This document shows, one piece after another, positions 57,704-64,000 of a DNA stretch of 64,000 nucleotides. Under the pieces are notes generated by a model. The model made no database searches. It had not been told where the DNA came from and saw only the letters and a list, made by a program, of their open reading frames with translations. Made by a program: the position numbers and the translations under genes. The DNA comes from Pyrinomonadales bacterium (GTDB taxonomy: Bacteria > Acidobacteriota > Blastocatellia > Pyrinomonadales > Pyrinomonadaceae), in the NCBI GenBank assembly GCA_038232235.1, contig JBBSIE010000002.1:24572-88571 (forward strand), read 5' to 3'. Every line of letters starts with the position of its first letter. Within the stretch, counting starts at the first letter, position 1.

Positions 57704-58888
57704 ATGATCGATTTTTCGATAAACACAAAACTCGTCCACGCGGGCGAACGTCGGACACAGCCGACTGGAAAGCCGGTTGCCACGCCGCTTTATGCGACGG
57801 CGACTTATACTTACGATTCGATGGCGGAAATGGACGCGGCTTTTGCGGGCGAAGGCGGCGATTATATTTATTCGCGTTACGGAAATCCGACGGTTGCGGC
57901 ACTTGAAGACGCGCTCGCGGCGATTGAAAACGGTAAGGTTGCGGTGGCTTTCGGTTCGGGAATGGCGGCGATTCACGCGGCTTTGTTTGCCTGCGAAATC
58001 ACGAACGGTTCGATTGTGCTTGCGTCGCAGGATTTATACGGCGCGTCGTATGATTTGCTGAATAAAATTTTCGGCGTTTACGGCGTGAAAACGAAAACTG
58101 CCGATTTTAATAATTTGGATGAATTGAAAAATAAAGTTTTAGAATTGAAACCGCGTGTTTTGTTGGCGGAAACGATTTCAAATCCGCTTTTGAAGATTTG
58201 CGATATTGAAAAAGTCGCGGAAATCGCACACGACGTGGGCGCGAAATTGATTGTTGACAATACTTTCGCATCGCCTTTTTTATGTCAGCCGCTGACGTTG
58301 GGCGCAGATTTTTCGGTTCATTCGGCGACGAAATATCTAAGCGGACACGCCGACGCAACCGGCGGAATTGTCGTTTCAAACGATGAATTTGACCGTCCGA
58401 TGCTCGACGGAATAAAGAAACTCGTCGGCGGCATTTTGAGTGTTTGGGAAGCGCATCAGATTTTGCGCGGCGTGAAAACGCTCGGTTTGCGGCAGGAAAA
58501 ACAATGTCGAAACGCCGAAATATTGGTGAAAACGCTGGCGAAAAATGAATTTATAAAAAAGGTTTATTATCCGCTCACTGACGATAAAGAATTGACAAAA
58601 AAAGTTTTGCGCGACGATTTCGGCGGCGCGTTGGTTTCGATAAAATTGAAAAACGAGACCAGAGAAGCGGCTTGGAAATTTATGGATTCGTTAAAACTAT
58701 GCGTTCGCGCCACGAGTTTGGGCGATGTCTATACGCTCGTTTCGCATTCGGCTTCGTCGTCGCACCGCGAACTTTCGCCGAAACGCCGCGCCGATCTTGG
58801 GATTTCCGACGGACTCGTGCGAATTTCGGTTGGGATTGAAGACTTGAAAGATATTATTGAAGACATTGAGCAGGCTTTAAGAAAATAA
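57704..58888 (+). CDS. Cys/Met-metabolism PLP enzyme (O-acetyl/succinyl-homoserine sulfhydrylase or cystathionine gamma-synthase-like)
   Basis: PVATPLYATATY, YSRYGNPT and HSATKYLSGHAD (PLP Lys). 394 aa. Confidence 0.85.
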   Translation: MIDFSINTKLVHAGERRTQPTGKPVATPLYATATYTYDSMAEMDAAFAGEGGDYIYSRYGNPTVAALEDALAAIENGKVAVAFGSGMAAIHAALFACEITNGSIVLASQDLYGASYDLLNKIFGVYGVKTKTADFNNLDELKNKVLELKPRVLLAETISNPLLKICDIEKVAEIAHDVGAKLIVDNTFASPFLCQPLTLGADFSVHSATKYLSGHADATGGIVVSNDEFDRPMLDGIKKLVGGILSVWEAHQILRGVKTLGLRQEKQCRNAEILVKTLAKNEFIKKVYYPLTDDKELTKKVLRDDFGGALVSIKLKNETREAAWKFMDSLKLCVRATSLGDVYTLVSHSASSSHRELSPKRRADLGISDGLVRISVGIEDLKDIIEDIEQALRK

Positions 58889-58891
58889 TTA

Positions 58892-58977
58892 TCCACAGAT
58901 AAACACAGATGAAGTCAGATATTTTGAAAAATTTTATCAAATAAAAATTATTTTTCTTATCTGTGTTTATCTGTGGA
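58892..58977. repeat. cagataaac-family hairpin, perfect 19-bp stem
   Basis: 58892-58910 tccacagataaacacagat is the exact reverse complement of 58959-58977, with a 48-nt AT-rich loop. Confidence 0.95.
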
Positions 58978-58991
58978 CAAAAAATAATATT

Positions 58992-59423
58992 ATGATTTCG
59001 ATCAGTGAAGAATTAATCGAGCAAATCAAAAAGCACGGCGAAAAGACTTATCCGCACGAGTGCGGCGGAATGTTAATCGGACATTTTGATGCTGAGAAAG
59101 GCAAACAAATCGTCGAACTTTTGCCGATGGAAAATGCGATGGACAAAGCCGAACAGCATAATCGCGTTTTGATTTTGCCGAAAGACGTGCTTCGCGCCGA
59201 ACGGCAAGCGCGTGAAAAAAAACTCGATGTCGTCGGTTATTATCATTCGCACCCGGACGATAAAGCTGTGCCGTCGCAGTTTGATTTAGAACATGCGCTT
59301 CCGGTTTGGTCATATATTATTGTGTCGGTTTTACAAGGCAAAGCGGTTGATGTGCGCTCGTGGCAAATGGAAAATGACCGCTCGAAATTTAATGAAGAAG
59401 AAATAAAAAGGGAAGAAATTTAG
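58992..59423 (+). CDS. JAMM/MPN+ metalloprotease (Mec/HcyD/QbsD-like)
   Basis: YPHECGG (Glu) and the YYHSHPDDKAVPSQFD JAMM motif. 143 aa. Confidence 0.88.
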   Translation: MISISEELIEQIKKHGEKTYPHECGGMLIGHFDAEKGKQIVELLPMENAMDKAEQHNRVLILPKDVLRAERQAREKKLDVVGYYHSHPDDKAVPSQFDLEHALPVWSYIIVSVLQGKAVDVRSWQMENDRSKFNEEEIKREEI

Positions 59424-59510
59424 CCGCAGATAAACGCAGATAATTTAAGAAAGATAAATCAAATGCGAAGCAATCTATAAATTGGAATAAAATCTGCATT
59501 TATCTGCGGC
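59423..59510. repeat. cagataaac-family hairpin, 18/19-bp stem
   Basis: gccgcagataaacgcagat (59423-59441) pairs with atctgcatttatctgcggc (59492-59510), with a 50-nt loop. Confidence 0.92.
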
Positions 59511-59537
59511 TATTAAATGGTTTAAGGAGTAAATTTT

Positions 59538-60986
59538 ATGGCAGTGACAATAGTAATTCCGACACCTTTGCGACAGTTCGCTGGCGGAAAATCCGAAATT
59601 GAGGTCGAAGCGACAACGGCGGGCGAAGCGTTGGAAAAATTGACAACGAAACACGCCGAGTTAAAAAAACATCTTTATAACGACGGCGGAAATTTGCGAA
59701 ATTTCGTTAATGTCTATGTCGGCGATGAAGATATTCGTGATTTGGACGGACTTGAAACGCAAGTTAAAAGCGGCGGCGAAATTTTGATTGTGCCTTCGAT
59801 TGCGGGCGGAAATCTCGCGGCACAACCTAAAACATCGGAAGAATTGCCGACGCTTTCGACTGAAGAATACGCCAGATATTCGCGGCATTTGATTTTGCCC
59901 GAAGTCGGTATGGAAGGACAGAGAAAATTAAAAGCGGCGCGTGTTTTGATGATCGGTACGGGCGGTTTGGGTTCGCCTTTGGGCTTATATTTGGCGGCGG
60001 CGGGCATCGGCACAATCGGTTTGGTTGATTTCGATGTCGTTGACGAGTCGAATCTCCAACGCCAAATTATTCACGGCACAAAAGATGTCGGACGACCAAA
60101 AATCGAATCGGCGCAAGACCGTTTGAAAGATATCAATCCGAATACAAAAATCGAAGCACACGAAACTCGTCTGACGAGCGGAAATGCGCTTGAATTGTTT
60201 AAAGATTTTGATGTCGTCGTTGACGGAACGGACAACTTTCCGACGCGCTATTTGGTTAATGACGCTTGTGTTTTGACCGGAAAGCCGAATGTTTACGGTT
60301 CTATTTTCCGTTTTGAAGGACAGGCGAGTGTTTTTTGGGCGGAAAAAGGCGCGTGTTACAGATGTTTGTATCCTGAACCGCCGCCGCCGGGACTTGTTCC
60401 GAGCTGCGCGGAAGGCGGAGTTTTGGGCGTTTTGCCCGGAATTGTCGGCACGATTCAGGCGAATGAAGTCTTAAAAGTTATTTTGGGCGCGGAAGGAATT
60501 TTATTAAATCGGCTTTTGCTTTTCGATGCGTGGAAAATGAAATTCCGCGAATTGAAACTCAAGAAAAATCCCGATTGCCCGATTTGCGGCGACAATCCGA
60601 CGATCAAGGAATTGATTGATTATGAAGCATTTTGCGGTTTAAATTTGCCGACTGAAACTCCCGTTTTAGAAGAAATTACAGTAACGGAATTAAACGATTT
60701 GATAAAAAATAACAGCGAAGTTCAGATTATTGATGTGCGCGAACCGCACGAATTTGAAATTGCCAAAATTCCGAATACAAAACTTATTCCGCTCGCGCAA
60801 GTTGTCAATCGCGCTAAGGAAATTGACCAATCGCGTACGGCAATTATTCACTGCAAAGCCGGCGGACGCAGCGCGAAAGCAATTCAAGCGTTGCAGGAAA
60901 ACGGTTATAAAGGCAAATTATTGAATTTGAAAGGTGGAATTACGGCTTGGTCGGACGAAATTGATTCGAGCGTTCCCAAATATTAA
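59538..60986 (+). CDS. Fusion: CysO/ThiS/MoaD-like beta-grasp (ending GG at aa 90-91) + MoeB/ThiF-type E1 adenylyltransferase + rhodanese (MoeZ-like)
   Basis: Aa 1-91 read MAVTIVIPTPLRQFAGGK...GGEILIVPSIAGG. Then YSRHLILPEVG, GTGGLGSP and CxxC pairs (CYRC, CPIC). The rhodanese active site is HCKAGGRS. Confidence 0.85.
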   Translation: MAVTIVIPTPLRQFAGGKSEIEVEATTAGEALEKLTTKHAELKKHLYNDGGNLRNFVNVYVGDEDIRDLDGLETQVKSGGEILIVPSIAGGNLAAQPKTSEELPTLSTEEYARYSRHLILPEVGMEGQRKLKAARVLMIGTGGLGSPLGLYLAAAGIGTIGLVDFDVVDESNLQRQIIHGTKDVGRPKIESAQDRLKDINPNTKIEAHETRLTSGNALELFKDFDVVVDGTDNFPTRYLVNDACVLTGKPNVYGSIFRFEGQASVFWAEKGACYRCLYPEPPPPGLVPSCAEGGVLGVLPGIVGTIQANEVLKVILGAEGILLNRLLLFDAWKMKFRELKLKKNPDCPICGDNPTIKELIDYEAFCGLNLPTETPVLEEITVTELNDLIKNNSEVQIIDVREPHEFEIAKIPNTKLIPLAQVVNRAKEIDQSRTAIIHCKAGGRSAKAIQALQENGYKGKLLNLKGGITAWSDEIDSSVPKY

Positions 60987-61014
60987 TTTAACGAACAGTA
61001 TAAAATATAAATTT

Positions 61015-61049
61015 CCGCTCTCAAATTACGAATGAGAGCGGATTTTTTT
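61015..61049 (+). terminator. Rho-independent terminator
   Basis: ccgctctca (61015-61023) pairs with tgagagcgg (61033-61041), followed by T7. Confidence 0.85.
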
Positions 61050-61103
61050 CATACTCAAATCCGAATTCACATAATCCGCTGCAAATGGCATAATTTATTA
61101 GCG

Positions 61104-62036
61104 ATGAACGATTACCGAATTTTTTATTCACCTTATTATTATGCCGAAATCGGCGAAAATCACGTTTTTCCGATAAAGAAATTTGAACTTGTGCGCGATA
61201 AACTTCTCGCCGAAGGAACTTTGCGAGAAAATGAAATTATTGAGCCGCAACCGGCGAAAATCGAAGATTTGTTGCTCGTTCACACGGAAGATTACATAAC
61301 GCATCTGCGCGCCGGAACGCTTGATAAAAAAGAAGTTCGACGGCTCGGTTTGCCTTGGTCTGAATCGCTCGTTCGGCGAACATTTCTTGCAGTTTCGGGA
61401 ACGATCAACGCTTCACTTCACGCGCTCGAAACCGGAATTGCGTCAAACCTCGCGGGCGGAACGCATCATTCTTTTCCTGATCGCGGCGAAGGTTTTTGCG
61501 TTCTAAATGATGTTGCCGTTGCGATTAGAGTTTTGCAGCGCGAAAATCTGGCAAGCAGATTTTTGATTATTGACTGCGACGTTCATCAAGGCAACGGCAC
61601 GGCGTTTATTTTTCAAAACGAAGAAGAAATTTTTACATTTTCGATGCACGGCGAGAAAAATTATCCGCTGTTTAAGGAAAAATCCAATCTCGACATCGAA
61701 TTGCGCGACGGAACTTCCGACGCGGAATATCTCGAAACCTTGAGCGAAGCACTGCCGCGAATTTTTATGCACGATCCCGATATTGTTTTTTATCTCGGCG
61801 GCGCAGACCCGTTTGAAAAAGACAAACTCGGACGGCTTAAACTTACGATGGAAGGTTTGATGAAACGCGACGAAATGGTCTTGGAATTTGCCAAACAACG
61901 CGAAGTGCCGATTGTTACGGTAATGTCGGGCGGTTATGCGAAAGACATAAACGACACGGTTGAAATCCATTCAAACACAATTCGCGCGGTGAAAAAAGTT
62001 TTCGGTCAATCGCAGAGTCAGAATGCTTTCGCCTAA
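61104..62036 (+). CDS. Histone deacetylase-family (HDAC/AcuC-like) deacetylase
   Basis: Start at M25, after the terminator. GGTHHSFPDRGEGFCVLNDVAVA, IDCDVHQGNGT and GGADPF motifs. Confidence 0.88.
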   Translation: MNDYRIFYSPYYYAEIGENHVFPIKKFELVRDKLLAEGTLRENEIIEPQPAKIEDLLLVHTEDYITHLRAGTLDKKEVRRLGLPWSESLVRRTFLAVSGTINASLHALETGIASNLAGGTHHSFPDRGEGFCVLNDVAVAIRVLQRENLASRFLIIDCDVHQGNGTAFIFQNEEEIFTFSMHGEKNYPLFKEKSNLDIELRDGTSDAEYLETLSEALPRIFMHDPDIVFYLGGADPFEKDKLGRLKLTMEGLMKRDEMVLEFAKQREVPIVTVMSGGYAKDINDTVEIHSNTIRAVKKVFGQSQSQNAFA

Positions 62037-62049
62037 ATGTTTTGCCGGA

Positions 62050-62622
62050 TTATTTTGCATTTGCAGATTCTTCGACGGTTTTGTCCAAACGATTTTTGAC
62101 CGTCAAATCATAGCCGACAAATTTTTGTGTTAACTTGCCGTTGCGGTCAAAAACGGCAGTTTGCGGAATTTCGTCTCGAGTCGCAAAAACAAACTGCATT
62201 AAGGCATCTTCGGGAGTTGCCAAAACGTAATTTATCTTCAATTTTTCGGCAAACGCGGGAATTTTCGGACGATCATCTTCGCCGCCGACATTTAATCCGA
62301 CGATCTGCATATTCTCTGCGCCGTATTTTGCTTGTAGTTCATTCAAATGTGGGATTTCCTCCAAACACGGCGGGCAGTAAGTTGCCCAAAAATCCAACAC
62401 GACGACTTTTCCCTGCAAATCTTTGAGTTTTTGCTCTTTGCCATCGAGCGTCGTCCAACTCATTTCGCCCAACGGTTTCGACGGCGGCAGCGGCACATTT
62501 GTCTGCGGAACGCTGTTAATTGAAACGGGTTTGTTGGAAACGGAAACCGGCGCGGCTGCCGGACGACACGCTAAAGCAAGTAAAAAGTAAAAAGTAAAAA
62601 GTAAAAAGTAAAAATATCTCAT
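62050..62622 (-). CDS. TlpA/ResA-like thiol-disulfide oxidoreductase lipoprotein
   Basis: LALAC lipobox; VLDFWATYCPPCLEEIP; thioredoxin fold. The signal peptide is encoded by the gtaaaaa repeat. Confidence 0.85.
   Translation of the reverse strand: MRYFYFLLFTFYFLLALACRPAAAPVSVSNKPVSINSVPQTNVPLPPSKPLGEMSWTTLDGKEQKLKDLQGKVVVLDFWATYCPPCLEEIPHLNELQAKYGAENMQIVGLNVGGEDDRPKIPAFAEKLKINYVLATPEDALMQFVFATRDEIPQTAVFDRNGKLTQKFVGYDLTVKNRLDKTVEESANAK
62580..62614. repeat. (gtaaaaa)x5 tandem heptamer inside the 5' end of a CDS
   Basis: Read directly. On the coding strand it gives MRYFYFLLFTFYFLL. Confidence 0.95.
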
Positions 62623-62633
62623 AGAAAGTTATT

Positions 62634-62714
62634 GTTAAATGTTAAATCGTAAATTGTAGAATGTAAATCTTTAACCGTTTGTTCTTCATTTACCATTTAC
62701 CATTTACCATTTAC
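62634..62714. repeat. Opposed heptamer arrays (gttaaat-family x5 and catttac x4)
   Basis: gttaaat gttaaat cgtaaat tgtagaa tgtaaat at 62634-62668; catttac x4 at 62687-62714. The two arms are imperfectly complementary. Confidence 0.8.
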
Positions 62715-62724
62715 CATTAAACCT

Positions 62725-63330
62725 GTGAGTTTTTATCCGCCGAAAATTAACGAAAGGTTTCAACATCCGCGAAATGTCGGGAAATTGTCCGATGCAAATG
62801 CTGTCGGAACGAGCGCGAGTTTTATTTGCGGCGCGTTTGTGCGCGTATTTTTGCGGGTTGAATTGAAAACGAAGGAAATTCTCGAAGCAAAATTTAAGTC
62901 AAACGCTTGCGGATTTGCGATCGCGGCGGCGGATGTTTTAACGGAAAAAATCGTCGGAAAACGATTAATTGAAATTCACAAATTAGACAGGAAAATTTTG
63001 CAGTTGCAAGTTGAAGAAGAACTCGGAAAATTTTCGGCGCGTCGCGTGCATTGTCTGCTGTTGTGTTTGGACGCGATGCAAGCGGCGTTTGCTGATTTTC
63101 GCGCTTTTCAGATTGAAGAATTTACGGGCGAAAAAGCTCTGATTTGCACTTGTTTCGGTGTTTCGGAGGAAACTATCGAGAATGTAATTAAGAAAAATTC
63201 GCTTGAAACCGTCGAAGAAGTTTCCGAAATTTGCAGCGCGGGCAGCGGCTGCGGTTCGTGTCAGCCTTTGATTCAGGAAATTCTGGATGTTTTACACGAA
63301 GAAAATTATGTTATAATCGAAAACTATTGA
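62725..63330 (+). CDS. NifU-N/IscU-like domain fused to a BFD-like [2Fe-2S]-binding domain
   Basis: GTG start. FQHPRNVGKL..GTSASFICGAFVRVFL..SNACGFAIAA, then CTCFGVSEETI..CSAGSGCGSC. Confidence 0.7.
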   Translation: MSFYPPKINERFQHPRNVGKLSDANAVGTSASFICGAFVRVFLRVELKTKEILEAKFKSNACGFAIAAADVLTEKIVGKRLIEIHKLDRKILQLQVEEELGKFSARRVHCLLLCLDAMQAAFADFRAFQIEEFTGEKALICTCFGVSEETIENVIKKNSLETVEEVSEICSAGSGCGSCQPLIQEILDVLHEENYVIIENY

Positions 63331-63421
63331 CCGCAACAAAAGCGGCAAAATTAAATTTTTTGGAGAAAATAAGAGCAGTTTTTCAAAAGAAAATCTTTAT
63401 CTGCTAACTAATACTCAAATA

Positions 63422-64000
63422 ATGGACGACCCTGCCAGTAGTTTTTTACTTTTACTTCAAGTCGGCGAAACGACTGCATCAATCTCATTGACTGAAATAT
63501 TTATCGAATTTCTTTTAATTTTTTTTATCGTCGGACTAAACGCATTTTTTGTCGCATCGGAATTTGCGCTGGTTTCCGTGCGTAAACCGCGCGTCGAAAC
63601 ACGCGCCGAAGAAGGCGGCAAAAGCGCAAAAGCGGCGTTGCGTCTTCTCAATAATCCGACGCGATTTATTTCCGCCGTTCAGCTTGGCGTAACACTCGCT
63701 TCGCTCGCTCTCGGTTGGATTGGCGAACCGACAGTTGCCAGAATTCTCGAACCTTTGGCTGAAAGAATTGCCAGCGAAGGCACTGCCGGATACATTGCAC
63801 ACGGGGCGGCGATTGTTATTTCATTCAGTATTATTACTTTTCTGCACGTTGTTTTGGGCGAACTCGTGCCGAAAATGTTCGCGCTCGAAAAAGCGGAAAC
63901 TTTCGCGTTGTTTGCTTCGCGTCCTCTGGAGTTGTTTGCAAAAGTTTTTTCGCCGATACTTTGGGTTTTGAACAAAGCGGGCGGCGCAATCGGTAAGATT
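63422..64000 (+). CDS. CNNM/DUF21-domain (TlyC/CorC-like) membrane protein, 3' partial
   Basis: Open to the window end, so not in the ORF track. My translation: ..LLIFFIVGLNAFFVASEFALVSVRKPRVE..RFISAVQLGVTLASLALGWIGEP..VVLGELVPKMFAL. The start could be the downstream TTG. Confidence 0.8.
   Translation, partial: MDDPASSFLLLLQVGETTASISLTEIFIEFLLIFFIVGLNAFFVASEFALVSVRKPRVETRAEEGGKSAKAALRLLNNPTRFISAVQLGVTLASLALGWIGEPTVARILEPLAERIASEGTAGYIAHGAAIVISFSIITFLHVVLGELVPKMFALEKAETFALFASRPLELFAKVFSPILWVLNKAGGAIGKI

Noticed and set aside
61032-61103. Upstream extension of the deacetylase ORF (TTG/ATG at 61032).
   Set aside because: The extension is encoded by the terminator hairpin and T-tract of the preceding gene. 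The start at M25 (61104) is preferred.

Overview
This is a dense chromosomal window from a Gram-negative, LPS-making bacterium (lpxK, PagL-like deacylase, SurA-like chaperone, TonB-like protein) that uses sigma-54: it has an NtrC-type activator and one near-consensus -24/-12 promoter. The gene content suggests an Acidobacteriota-like organism, but that is only a guess. I support about 55 protein genes on both strands and found no rRNA, tRNA or CRISPR array. Most genes are housekeeping: lon, an MltD-like transglycosylase, lpxK, aroD/aroE fusion, kynA, pyk, a phosphohexomutase, ftsB and an RqcH-like NFACT protein. Six things deserve a second look. (1) An AT-rich cassette of about 2.1 kb sits between a histidine kinase and its sigma-54 response regulator. 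It encodes a secreted protein with a fulvocin-C-like 8-Cys C-terminus and a polytopic membrane thioredoxin. It is bracketed by a duplicated regulator 5' end, and an A9 tract puts the start codon and signal peptide out of frame. (2) At least 15 loci carry inverted-repeat hairpins whose arms are tandem 7-nt (sometimes 10-nt) units. Several of these run into coding sequence. (3) A protein-thiocarboxylate sulfur-amino-acid cluster contains CysM, a MetY-like PLP enzyme, a JAMM protease, and a CysO-like beta-grasp fused to a MoeZ-type E1 plus rhodanese. The cluster is interrupted by a vapBC module whose toxin carries an amber codon. (4) A 677-aa COG1964/Tes/Mss-like radical SAM gene lies behind a sigma-54 promoter in a 736-bp AT-rich spacer. 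(5) An actinobacterial-type FhaA/PbpA/RodA/PP2C/Ser-Thr-kinase cluster is split into divergent operons. (6) Decayed genes include an FMN reductase with two frameshifts, an IS-type transposase stub, and a sensor protein with no output domain. All family assignments come from motif recognition by eye; no searches were run.
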